Positions 1 to 8,987 of a stretch of DNA of 32,000 nucleotides are shown piece after piece. Position 1 is the stretch's first letter. The number at the start of each line of letters is the position of its first letter. This stretch comes from Prochlorococcus marinus subsp. pastoris str. CCMP1986 (GTDB taxonomy: Bacteria > Cyanobacteriota > Cyanobacteriia > PCC-6307 > Cyanobiaceae), in the NCBI RefSeq assembly GCF_000011465.1, contig NC_005072.1, forward strand, positions 1,020,001-1,052,000. Direction: 5' to 3'. The translations under genes and the position numbers were made by a program. The notes under the pieces were generated by a model, which saw nothing but the letters and a program-made list of their open reading frames with translations, did no database searches and was not told where the DNA came from.

Positions 1-82
1 CCTTTCTGAAAATTTGATTGCAGTAGATAAGCAAGCAAAAGCCTCAATAAAATAAATAATTAAAATTTTGAAAATTAATTTA

Positions 83-155
83 TAGCCCCAAGGGGATTCG
101 AACCCCTGTCGCCTCCGTGAAAGGGAGGTGTCCTAGGCCTCTAGACGATGGGGCC
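83..155 (-). tRNA. trnE: tRNA-Glu (anticodon UUC), 73 nt, CCA not encoded
   Basis: The reverse complement reads GGCCCCATCGTCTAGAGGCCTAGGACACCTCCCTTTCACGGAGGCGACAGGGGTTCGAATCCCCTTGGGGCTA. It has a 7-bp acceptor stem (G1-U72 wobble), an anticodon stem CCTCC/GGAGG with loop CTTTCAC (UUC), and a T-arm AGGGG-TTCGAAT-CCCCT. The layout is almost that of E. coli tRNA-Glu. Confidence 0.93.
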
Positions 156-196
156 AAGGAAATAGCTTAATAGCTAATAAAAAATTAGGAGTAAAG

Positions 197-1315
197 CTAT
201 CCTTTCGTCAAGTGTTGTTGATCTTTGTTTTGGCCTTGCCACACTGGAACAGTAAAATGAAAGCATGAACCTTCACCAACTTCTGATACAACCCATATTC
301 TCCCTCCATGAACTTCAACAATTCTTCTGCAAACAGATAGGCCAATACCAAATCCTGATGTTCCCTCAGATGTCTGTGGCAATCTAACTCTATCAAGAAA
401 TATTCTTTTTTGCTCACTTACTGGAATTCCAGCACCTTTGTCACAAATCGTTATTTCTACCCATTGATTTGTTTTATGAATCAATGTAATTTTAATTCTT
501 CCAGAATTTTCTGAAAATTTAAGGGCATTTTCAATTAAGTTTAAAAATACCTGTCTCATTCTTCTTTGATCTGCATATACGCTTGGGAGATCAGATGGTA
601 TGTCAGTGTCAATTTCTATCTTCCTTAATCTCCAAAACTTTTCTAATTCAAGAATTGCCTCAGCACTTATGTTTCCTAAATCAATTTTTTGAGGATTAAA
701 AAGAGCTTCCCATTTAGTTGTTCCAACCTCAAGAAGATCTTGAGATAAAAGTTCAATTTCTTCTAAACGTCGTTTAATTACGTCTTGCAATTTTTTTATA
801 TCAATTTGTCCTAGTTTTTGACTTTGAATAGCAAGAGTTGCTGCCGTCAGTGGCGTTCTCAATTCATGTGCAACCATTCTTAAAAGTCTTTCTTGTGATT
901 CAATTCTTTTTGTAAGTGTTTCGTTTTCTTGTCTAAGAACCAATAATTCTTCCTCAAGGAGAAACTCTTTTTGGGTTCTGATTGAATCTATTTTAGAAGG
1001 TTGAAGATTAATACCTAAATCTTTTGTAACTCCTTCTTGTTTCCATCTAGGCAACCAAGTCTGCAACTGAACAAAAATATTACTTCCTGCAAATATTTGC
1101 TTTGGAGCTGGTGAAACCTTAATAAGAGCCGGAATAGCAACCAATCTATGCAATTCAAGCAGTTCAGGTTGTTCTGTCGGTTCAGAAATCTGAAGAGAAA
1201 TCTCAAACTCGCAGTCATCAGACTCTAAATAAGATAGTAATAATTTAAGATCGCCTCTAGAAAGATGATTTCTAGCAGCTACTAATATTAATTTTAATTC
1301 TTTTTTTTCATTCAA
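197..1315 (-). CDS. sasA: Adaptive-response sensor histidine kinase SasA (KaiC-interacting clock-output kinase)
   Basis: 372-aa ORF. The N-terminal ~90 aa is KaiB/thioredoxin-like (LILVAARNH...[19 protein letters not shown]). It carries an H-box [11 protein letters not shown], an N-box [12 protein letters not shown]1 DKGAGI and G2 GFGIGLS. The start codon is TTG at 1313-1315, and there is no in-frame ATG near the N-terminus. Confidence 0.9.
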   Translation of the reverse strand: MNEKKELKLILVAARNHLSRGDLKLLLSYLESDDCEFEISLQISEPTEQPELLELHRLVAIPALIKVSPAPKQIFAGSNIFVQLQTWLPRWKQEGVTKDLGINLQPSKIDSIRTQKEFLLEEELLVLRQENETLTKRIESQERLLRMVAHELRTPLTAATLAIQSQKLGQIDIKKLQDVIKRRLEEIELLSQDLLEVGTTKWEALFNPQKIDLGNISAEAILELEKFWRLRKIEIDTDIPSDLPSVYADQRRMRQVFLNLIENALKFSENSGRIKITLIHKTNQWVEITICDKGAGIPVSEQKRIFLDRVRLPQTSEGTSGFGIGLSVCRRIVEVHGGRIWVVSEVGEGSCFHFTVPVWQGQNKDQQHLTKG

Positions 1316-1421
1316 ATCATTTGCCCAGAATTTTTGATAAGCTGTTTTTGCTTATAAACACATTAAGATATTTATATATATTTTACAGTTAAGCTATCAA
1401 ACATATAGACGATATTTAGAA

Positions 1422-1964
1422 ATGGTTGCTAATATTCAAAACAATAATAATAATTACAGTGGATATACTTCCCCTGAAGTAAGCATAGATAGTAATTTAA
1501 AAAGATGGTTTTCTCGTAATATTGGACTTTGGAAATCCAATAGGACATATTTTCTCGAAGAAGAAAGGAAAACTTACAACCTTTGCATGTTCATAAATAT
1601 TGAGTCTCTTGAAAATAAAAAAGAATGGGAATCTCATTATAAATTCACTTGGTATCCAGAAAAGAAATATAGTTTTTTTGATGAACATCCCAAATATAGA
1701 GAAAGAGGAGAAATGCAAGCATTTATAAAGGACCACCAATTAATAAGAGAAAAATTTTATTTAAGTGATATTGATGGAATATCCAATATTAAACAAGTTG
1801 ATGAACATGAAATGATTTTCGAATCATCTTATGAAGATTGGTACATTCTTGAACACACAAGACTTATTGAGGGAGATAATTATAGATATAGAGTTATATA
1901 TTCATGGAACAAAGATAAACTTAAAATAGTAGAGAATCATCATGAAATAAAAATTATTACATAA
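1422..1964 (+). CDS. CpcS/CpeS-family (phycobilin lyase-like, lipocalin-fold) protein, divergent paralogue
   Basis: 180-aa ORF with an ATG start. WFSRNIGLWKSNRTYF matches the family N-terminal signature FFxxSxGxWxSQRTxH. YRERGEMQAF resembles the conserved RERGYAE block, and EHTRLIEGDNYRYRV resembles the ERFWFxxPxxRLR block. The assignment is by eye only. Confidence 0.55.
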   Translation: MVANIQNNNNNYSGYTSPEVSIDSNLKRWFSRNIGLWKSNRTYFLEEERKTYNLCMFINIESLENKKEWESHYKFTWYPEKKYSFFDEHPKYRERGEMQAFIKDHQLIREKFYLSDIDGISNIKQVDEHEMIFESSYEDWYILEHTRLIEGDNYRYRVIYSWNKDKLKIVENHHEIKIIT

Positions 1965-2032
1965 ATTCTTTTAGCCTATTAAGTTTAAAAATAAAAAATG
2001 TTATCTTTAAAAAGTAAATTAAAAAATAATTT

Positions 2033-2473
2033 ATGCTTATAAATTTGTATTCAAAAAAATTTTTTAAAATTCTAACTCTTCCTATATTTTTATACTTAAC
2101 TTTTTTTGACATAACAATATTCAATAAAGAACTAAAAGCCGACAAGAAATTACAAGCGGCTACCGAGAAAGATCTTTTCTTATATAGGCAAATGGGTGCC
2201 TCTTATCTTTGTATTGCTACAAATGCTGAAGTTGATTTTGAGAAAAGTCTTGGAATAGCTAGTGCTACTTTCGCAAATGTAATTATAGGAAAGCATGAGG
2301 GCGTTATTAAAGAGTTTGGAACTGAAAAAATTGACCAAAAAAGATTATATAATGCTGGAACTTTTCAGATTGTGTCAAGTGCTCTAAATATTTGTCCTAA
2401 AAACATTCCTAAAGAAGTAAAAAATAGTTACGAGGAAAGATTAAAAGAGCTTATTAAACAAAATAAAAAATAA
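2033..2473 (+). CDS. Hypothetical protein with an N-terminal hydrophobic signal/anchor
   Basis: 146-aa ORF with an ATG start. It has a hydrophobic N-terminus (FFKILTLPIFLYLTFFDITIF), two Cys in the mature part and a K/E-rich C-terminus. I recognise no family. It fills the gap between its neighbours exactly, with its stop 5 nt from the convergent prs stop. Confidence 0.55.
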   Translation: MLINLYSKKFFKILTLPIFLYLTFFDITIFNKELKADKKLQAATEKDLFLYRQMGASYLCIATNAEVDFEKSLGIASATFANVIIGKHEGVIKEFGTEKIDQKRLYNAGTFQIVSSALNICPKNIPKEVKNSYEERLKELIKQNKK

Positions 2474-2478
2474 ATTTA

Positions 2479-3474
2479 TTATCTAAACATAGAGCTAACC
2501 GAACTTTCTTCATGAATTCTCCATATTGCCTCTCCTAACATATTTGCTACAGAAAGTACTTTTAACTGAGGAAATTCGTAATTATCAATAACTGGAATAC
2601 TGTTAGTAACTATAACTTGTTCAAATAAATCTTTTGAACTTAACCTTTCATAAGAGGGTGGAGAGAAAACTGCATGAGAAGCACACGCAAAAATTCTCTT
2701 TGCACCTTCTTTTTTTAACAAATTTGCTCCGGAACAAATAGTACCTCCAGTATCAATCATGTCATCTATAAGAATAGCCGTTTTTCCCTTAACTTCTCCA
2801 ATAACGGTCAAACTCTCTGCGATATTATGAGCAGATCTTCTTTTGTCAATAATCGCTAATGGAGCATCACTCATTAATTTGGCAAATGCTCTTGCTCTGG
2901 CTACTCCACCCACATCAGGAGATACAACAACAACTTCCTCCAACTTTAGAGACTCAAGATAATCAATTAAGACAGGAGATCCATATATATGATCGCAAGG
3001 AATATCAAAATATCCTTGTATTTGAGCTGAATGTAAATCCATGGCAAGAACTCTATCCACACCTGACTTCTCAAGTAAATTTGCTGTAAGCTTTGCTGTG
3101 ATTGACTCTCTTCCTGAAGTTTTTCTATCCGCCCTTGCATATCCAAAATATGGAATGACCGCTGTAATTTGTCTAGCTGAAGCTCTTTTACAAGCATCAA
3201 CCATAATCATCAACTCCATTAAACTATCGTTGACAGGAGCGCATGTAGGTTGAATAAGGAATACATCACAACCTCTTATAGATTGTTGAATTTGAACATA
3301 AAGTTCCCCATCAGCAAATCTTTTAGATACTAAGGGAACATTTTCAATCCCTAAATATGATGCAATTTCTTCAGCTAATTTAGGATTAGAAGTTCCACTA
3401 ACTAACCTCAATCTACTATTAGTTAGATTAAAAGTCGGTTCTTCATTATCTACTGCCGTGATAAAACTTGTCAC
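2479..3474 (-). CDS. prs: Ribose-phosphate pyrophosphokinase (PRPP synthetase)
   Basis: 331 aa. Motifs: DLHSAQIQGYFDIP, VVVSPDVGGVARARAFA and the PRPP-binding loop ILIDDMIDTGGT. GTG start at 3472-3474. Confidence 0.95.
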   Translation of the reverse strand: MTSFITAVDNEEPTFNLTNSRLRLVSGTSNPKLAEEIASYLGIENVPLVSKRFADGELYVQIQQSIRGCDVFLIQPTCAPVNDSLMELMIMVDACKRASARQITAVIPYFGYARADRKTSGRESITAKLTANLLEKSGVDRVLAMDLHSAQIQGYFDIPCDHIYGSPVLIDYLESLKLEEVVVVSPDVGGVARARAFAKLMSDAPLAIIDKRRSAHNIAESLTVIGEVKGKTAILIDDMIDTGGTICSGANLLKKEGAKRIFACASHAVFSPPSYERLSSKDLFEQVIVTNSIPVIDNYEFPQLKVLSVANMLGEAIWRIHEESSVSSMFR

Positions 3475-3723
3475 GAAATTAGCTTTAAAAATCTACTAAT
3501 ATCGTAGTACCTAATATTAATTTGGCAAAAATTAATTAACTTATTTATCTTTCATAGTTAAAAGAACAAGGTTTGAATATTAAATATTCCGAAATATATA
3601 ATTTTGAAAGTTATAAGTAAATACAAGAAACATCAAAATTTATTTGTTAAATGATATATATTTAATTATTCTTAATTTTAGATAATAATTGATAAAAGAA
3701 TTATAAAAAATCACCTTATATTA

Positions 3724-5244
3724 ATGAGTTTAAAATCAGTTCTAAAAAATAAATCGTTAGGTATACTTGTTCATCCTTCAAGTCTTCCCGGAGGTAGTTA
3801 CTGCGGGACCTTTGGAGAAGGCGCTAAAGATTGGATTAAGAAGCTTTGTAAGTATAAGATTAATCACTGGCAATTCTTACCTCTTACTCCAACAGATTCA
3901 ACTGGATCTCCTTATAGTTCGCCATCCAGTTTTGCGTTAAATCCTTGGTTTCTTGATATCAATAAATTGATTGAAGAAAACTTTATCATTTCATTAAATA
4001 AAAAGGATTTACAATCAATTAATCAGAACGAAGATCATTTTGATTTTGATTATGCAAATAATTTATCGAAAAAATTAGGAGAATATCTTTTATTTGATTG
4101 GGAATCTCAATCTGAAATGAGAAAAACTGATTTTTATTTATGGAATAAAAAAAATACTTGGGTTGAAGATTATTCAATCTTTATGGTCTTAAGAGAGAAA
4201 TTCAATATGTTGCCATGGTGGGAGTGGCCATTGGAGTTTAAGCAAAAGGAAAATGAATTTATAAAAACATGGATAAAAGACAAAAAAAATGAAATACTTA
4301 AAACAAAATTAATACAATGGCATCTTGATAAACAGTGGAAGGAAATCAAAGTCTTTGCCAAAACTAATGGAATTACACTAATAGGTGATTTGCCTTTTTA
4401 TGTTTCAAGAGACAGTGTGGATGTATGGAGTAATAAATCACTATTTTCTATCTCTCAAAATGGAGATTTACTTTTTCAAAGTGGAGTGCCTCCTGATTAT
4501 TTCTCATCTACGGGACAACTATGGGGTACTCCCACTTACTATTGGGCTAAGCACAAAAGTACAGCATTTAGATGGTGGAGAAAAAGATTTAAGAGACAAT
4601 TTGAACTTGTTGACATATTAAGACTTGATCATTTTAGAGCGTTGGCTGGATATTGGAGAGTTGATGGGAATGCCCAAAATGCTATTAATGGGTCATGGAT
4701 TAATTCCCCTGGGAAAGAGCTATTAAATCTTTTAAAAAAAGATTTAAAATCTGATTATCTACCTATCATTGCTGAGGATTTAGGAGTAATAACTAAAGAT
4801 GTAGAGATATTAAGGGATAATTATGAATTACCTGGTATGAAGATTTTACAATTCGCATTCGATGGGAATGACAATAACCCTTATCTACCTAAAAATATCG
4901 AAAAAGAGAACTGGGTTGTTTATACAGGAACCCATGATAACGCTACCTCCACATCGTGGTGGGACTGTTTAGATATTACAATTAAAACCCATATTAAAGA
5001 TAAATATAAATACTCAATTGATCCCTCTTGGAATTTAATGGAAATTGGCATGAGTACAAAAGCAAACCTTTTTATCTCTCCAATTCAAGATATCTTATCT
5101 TTGGACGATTCAAGTAGATTAAATACACCTGGTACAATTACTAACAATTGGAGATGGAAATTAAATCAAACTCTTGACGAGATAGATATGAATTTAAAAA
5201 AATATAGTGACCTTGGAAATAATTATGGGAGATTAAGCAATTAG
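3724..5244 (+). CDS. malQ: 4-alpha-glucanotransferase (amylomaltase, GH77)
   Basis: 506 aa. GH77 blocks: GILVHPSSLPG, GDLPFYV, LRLDHFRALAGYW (nucleophile Asp), IAEDLGVIT (acid/base Glu) and YTGTHDN. Confidence 0.93.
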   Translation: MSLKSVLKNKSLGILVHPSSLPGGSYCGTFGEGAKDWIKKLCKYKINHWQFLPLTPTDSTGSPYSSPSSFALNPWFLDINKLIEENFIISLNKKDLQSINQNEDHFDFDYANNLSKKLGEYLLFDWESQSEMRKTDFYLWNKKNTWVEDYSIFMVLREKFNMLPWWEWPLEFKQKENEFIKTWIKDKKNEILKTKLIQWHLDKQWKEIKVFAKTNGITLIGDLPFYVSRDSVDVWSNKSLFSISQNGDLLFQSGVPPDYFSSTGQLWGTPTYYWAKHKSTAFRWWRKRFKRQFELVDILRLDHFRALAGYWRVDGNAQNAINGSWINSPGKELLNLLKKDLKSDYLPIIAEDLGVITKDVEILRDNYELPGMKILQFAFDGNDNNPYLPKNIEKENWVVYTGTHDNATSTSWWDCLDITIKTHIKDKYKYSIDPSWNLMEIGMSTKANLFISPIQDILSLDDSSRLNTPGTITNNWRWKLNQTLDEIDMNLKKYSDLGNNYGRLSN

Positions 5245-5259
5245 ATCATCAGATATATT

Positions 5260-5748
5260 TTATTTTCCTTTTTCCTCAATAATTTGAATCTCAATAATAT
5301 TAATATTTGAAATAAAGTATCGATTAAGAAAAAATAGTATCAAAATTAAAAATAAAAAATAAAAAAAACTTCCCTGCCAGGAATTTAGAAAATCAAACTT
5401 TCTCAAAATTATTTTTTTTTTGTTTTTTTCGAAAGTATTTGTTTCTCTAATTTCTAACCCTACCAATGTATTATTTTCCAGAGATAAACATTTTTCCAAC
5501 TTTAATAATATTGACCTTAGAAAAGGATCTCTTGGTCTAAGGTCTTCAATATTATTCTCAATTGAATTTATAGAAGATTCTGGGATTTTAGAGATATTTG
5601 ATAATTCTTTAACAGAAAGATTATTTTGAGTCCTTGCTTCTTTTACTAATTTACCAAGTTCAACATATTGATCATATTTTTTACTATTATTTTGTTCCTT
5701 CAATTTTATTTTTTTATTTTTTTGAAAATTAATATTGAATAATCTCAT
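5260..5748 (-). CDS. RodZ-like HTH (XRE-type) membrane-anchored protein lacking a periplasmic domain
   Basis: 162 aa. A helix-turn-helix block (LGKLVKEARTQNNLSVKELSNISKIPESSINSIENN) is followed by PFLRSILLKLEKCLSL, which resembles the RodZ N-terminal domain (FLRGYIRSYARLV in E. coli). A single TM segment (GSFFYFLFLILILFFL) sits about 25 aa from the C-terminus. Confidence 0.6.
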   Translation of the reverse strand: MRLFNINFQKNKKIKLKEQNNSKKYDQYVELGKLVKEARTQNNLSVKELSNISKIPESSINSIENNIEDLRPRDPFLRSILLKLEKCLSLENNTLVGLEIRETNTFEKNKKKIILRKFDFLNSWQGSFFYFLFLILILFFLNRYFISNINIIEIQIIEEKGK

Positions 5749-5857
5749 TAAAATTTTTTTATTTGACTATTTAAATTATGCATCTAAAGGATTATTTAAT
5801 TTTAATCAATTCATAAATCAAAAACTATAATTTAATGAGTTGACATCAAAGCAAACA

Positions 5858-7516
5858 CTAAGCTGGAGATATAATGTTTTGAACAGCACTTTTAGCCAAT
5901 TTTAGAGGACTAAAAGTATCTCTAAGCAAAATTAAGAGTTTTTCTGCATCTTTAAATTCCAATCTATCATCCTTAACAAGGCTTAATAAAAGGTTTTTTC
6001 TTACTTCAGATCCTTTGTTACTTACAATTAGTTTCAAACCTGCATTGGCTACTGGAATGAGATCTGCATTAATATTTTCGGTATCCTTAAATAATGTATT
6101 TAATAAACTTTCAAGCTTGTCTATCTGAATCCTTCCTTCATTATCAAATACAACTTCAAGAAGAATATTTACAATTTCATCTGAATTATCTGTTAAAAGT
6201 TTTTTTGCAATGTATGGATATGCAATTTTTAAGATCTTAAATTCAGGATCAAGTCTCAAAGCTAAACCTTCTTGACTTACAACAGCTCTAATTATTAGTG
6301 CGAACCTACTTGGAACTCTAAACGGATAAGAATACATAAGTTTTGAGAATTTATCAGTTACATTTTTTAAATTAAAATTTCCAACCTCGGCCCCAAATGC
6401 TCCCCCAAGGACCTCTTTAAGTGGTTCTACAAGTTGTTCAAGATCTTGTTCTTTGGTTAAGAAACCTAATTTCTGAAAATCTTTAGCCATAAGTAAATAT
6501 TCTTGGTTAATCAAATGCACAATTGCCTTAATGAGTGTGAGTCTATCTGAATTTGTAATAGTATCCATCATCCCAAAATCAACGTATGCTAAGTGTCCAT
6601 TATCTAAAGTTCCTCCTTTAAGAGCAAACATGTTTCCAGGATGAGGATCTGCATGAAAATAACCATATTCGAATAATTGCTGCAGTCCACTTATCACGCA
6701 AGTTCTAATATAAGAAGAAGGAATTAAATTATTTTGCTCTAAAATTTCTCTGTCCCTTAATTTAACTCCATCAATCCAAGATGTTGTAATAACCCTTTTT
6801 GAGGAAAAATCTTTTTCTAATTTTGGTATAAATACATTGGGATTAGATTTAAAAAGATCGGCAAACTTCAATGCATTTTTCCCTTCTTGCTCGTAATCAA
6901 TTTCATCGAAAAGGGCCCTACCAAATTCATCTATTATTTCTCCAATACCAACACCTATATTAAGTGGTAAAAATGATCCGAAAGCAGTCGCTAAGATTTT
7001 TAGAATTACAATATCTCTTCTAATAAGAAAATATAAATTAGGTCTTTGTACTTTTACAGCACAAAAATTATTATTTTTTTTTCTTGCTTTATAAACTATT
7101 CCTAGACTTGCTGATGCAATAGGTTCATCTGGAAAATCATCAAATAATTCATTAGCAGGAAGTCCAAGTTCATCTTCAATTATTTTTAGAGCAATTTTAT
7201 GTTTAAAAGGTGGGAGATTATCCTGTAGATTTGTAAGTTCTGTTAGCCAATCTTGCCTTACAAGATCTGGTCTAGTTGAAAGTGCTTGTCCTAATTTAAT
7301 AAAACATGGACCCAAATCTGTAATAACATCAAAAAGGTATTTTGAAAGATTTTTCTGTACACTCTTACTATTACTGTTACCTTGAAATAGTATTCTTACT
7401 AAAAGAAAAATTAAAGTTAAAAGTATATATAAAACTCTTGGTAGTAATATCCATGGTCTAAGGATCAACCAAATCATATCTCCTTTAGGTGAATATTTTG
7501 AATAAGAAGTTGCCAT
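5858..7516 (-). CDS. ABC1/UbiB-family atypical protein kinase
   Basis: 552 aa. N-terminal TM segment, FIKLGQALSTRPDLV, ASASLGIVYKA..AVKVQRP (ATP-binding Lys), the catalytic-loop-like FHADPHPGN, and DFGMM. Confidence 0.9.
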   Translation of the reverse strand: MATSYSKYSPKGDMIWLILRPWILLPRVLYILLTLIFLLVRILFQGNSNSKSVQKNLSKYLFDVITDLGPCFIKLGQALSTRPDLVRQDWLTELTNLQDNLPPFKHKIALKIIEDELGLPANELFDDFPDEPIASASLGIVYKARKKNNNFCAVKVQRPNLYFLIRRDIVILKILATAFGSFLPLNIGVGIGEIIDEFGRALFDEIDYEQEGKNALKFADLFKSNPNVFIPKLEKDFSSKRVITTSWIDGVKLRDREILEQNNLIPSSYIRTCVISGLQQLFEYGYFHADPHPGNMFALKGGTLDNGHLAYVDFGMMDTITNSDRLTLIKAIVHLINQEYLLMAKDFQKLGFLTKEQDLEQLVEPLKEVLGGAFGAEVGNFNLKNVTDKFSKLMYSYPFRVPSRFALIIRAVVSQEGLALRLDPEFKILKIAYPYIAKKLLTDNSDEIVNILLEVVFDNEGRIQIDKLESLLNTLFKDTENINADLIPVANAGLKLIVSNKGSEVRKNLLLSLVKDDRLEFKDAEKLLILLRDTFSPLKLAKSAVQNIISPA

Positions 7517-7580
7517 TTACATTTAAGATATTAAAGAAGAATTTGTCTTCAACATATTCTATATGTGCCAATAATACTTT

Positions 7581-8978
7581 ATGAGTATTTCCTCTTTTCT
7601 ATCTAAAAAGTTTTTAAAATCACTTTTTTTCCCTGCCCACAATAGAGGGAAAGCTTTACCAAAAGGCTTGATTAGATTATTAAAAAAACAACCAGGTTTT
7701 TGGGATTTGCCAGAACTTCCTGAAATAGGTTCTCCATTATCTAATAGTGGATTAATACATGATGCGCAAATATCAATTTCAAAAAAAGTTAATGCAAAAA
7801 AATGTTTTTTTGGAGTAAATGGAGCATCAGGTTTGATTCAATCAGGAATAATCGCTATGGCTAATCCTGGTGAATATATTCTTATGCCAAGGAATGTTCA
7901 TATAAGTGTTATTAAAGCTTGTGCTTTGCAGAATATTATCCCAATATTCTTTGACATAGAGTTTTCTAGAGTAACTGGACATTACATGCCCATCACGAAA
8001 AGATGGTTTACAAATGTATTCAATAATATAGATTTTGACAATTTTAAAATTGCAGGAGTCATATTAGTTAGTCCTTACTATCAAGGATATGCAACGGATC
8101 TTGAACCTTTAATTAAAATTTGTCATCTACATAATTTGCCTGTTTTAGTTGATGAAGCCCATGGTTCGTATTTTCTTTTTTGTGAAAACTTTAATTTACC
8201 GAAATCAGCCTTAAGATCTAAAGCTGATTTAGTAGTCCATTCATTACATAAGTCACTTAATGGACTAACTCAAACAGCAATAATTTGGCATAATGGGTAT
8301 CTAGTAGAAGAAAATAAATTAATCAAAAGCATAAATTTACTGCAAACTACTAGTCCTAATTCTCTCTTGCTTTCTTCTTGTGAGGAGTCCATTAAAGACT
8401 GGCTTAATAAGGATAATCTTAATAAATACAAAAAAAGAATTTTAGAAGCAAAATCAATCTACAATGAGTTAATAAAAAAAAAGATACCTCTTATTGAAAC
8501 TCAAGATCCTTTAAAAATAATACTAAATACTTCTAAAGTTGGTATTGATGGCTTTACTGCAGATAGATTTTTTTATAAAAACGGATTAATTGCTGAATTA
8601 CCTGAAATGATGACGCTTACTTTTTGTCTTGGATTTTCAAATCAAAAGGATTTTACTTTTTTGTTTCAAAAATTATGGAAAAAGTTACTAATTCATACTA
8701 ATAAATCTTATGGTTTGAAAGCTATAAAACCTCCTTTTAGAATAGTTCAATCACCAGAAATACCAATAGGAGTTGCTTGGAAAAGTAAGAGTATTAGCAT
8801 TCCTCTAGTTGAATCTTTGGGAAAAATTTCTGGAGATATTATTTGTCCTTATCCTCCTGGAATACCTTTAATTGTACCTGGAGAGAGAATAGACAAGGAA
8901 AGAATAGATTGGATAGAAGCTCAAAGTTTGTACAACGAAGATCTGTTAAATTCTTATATAAGGGTCTTAAATAACTAA
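7581..8978 (+). CDS. PLP-dependent Orn/Lys/Arg decarboxylase family protein
   Basis: 465 aa. Motifs: PAHNRGK near the N-terminus, VDEAHGSYF, and the PLP-lysine motif HSLHKSLNGLTQTA. The C-terminal domain contains CPYPPGIPLIVPGE. Substrate cannot be assigned from sequence alone. Confidence 0.8.
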   Translation: MSISSFLSKKFLKSLFFPAHNRGKALPKGLIRLLKKQPGFWDLPELPEIGSPLSNSGLIHDAQISISKKVNAKKCFFGVNGASGLIQSGIIAMANPGEYILMPRNVHISVIKACALQNIIPIFFDIEFSRVTGHYMPITKRWFTNVFNNIDFDNFKIAGVILVSPYYQGYATDLEPLIKICHLHNLPVLVDEAHGSYFLFCENFNLPKSALRSKADLVVHSLHKSLNGLTQTAIIWHNGYLVEENKLIKSINLLQTTSPNSLLLSSCEESIKDWLNKDNLNKYKKRILEAKSIYNELIKKKIPLIETQDPLKIILNTSKVGIDGFTADRFFYKNGLIAELPEMMTLTFCLGFSNQKDFTFLFQKLWKKLLIHTNKSYGLKAIKPPFRIVQSPEIPIGVAWKSKSISIPLVESLGKISGDIICPYPPGIPLIVPGERIDKERIDWIEAQSLYNEDLLNSYIRVLNN

Positions 8979-8987
8979 AAATCAAAT

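Noticed and set aside
1-82. Possible 3-prime end of a plus-strand gene. One frame reads ...LSENLIAVDKQAKASIK and stops at 53-55.
   Set aside because: Only 17 codons are visible, with no motif. It cannot be distinguished from non-coding sequence without the upstream flank.
1337-1355. Inverted repeat ATAAGC-N7-GCTTAT in the sasA/CpcS-like divergent promoter region.
   Set aside because: The arms are only 6 bp in a very AT-rich spacer. This is easily expected by chance and has no extension into the flanks.
3505-3510. TAGTAC half-site resembling one arm of a cyanobacterial LexA-type box. I also scanned by eye for NtcA GTA-N8-TAC and HLR1 TTACA repeats in all spacers.
   Set aside because: No second arm at the correct spacing was found. 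The single TTTACA hexamers at about 1382, 7516 and 9864 lack partners. The by-eye scan is not exhaustive.
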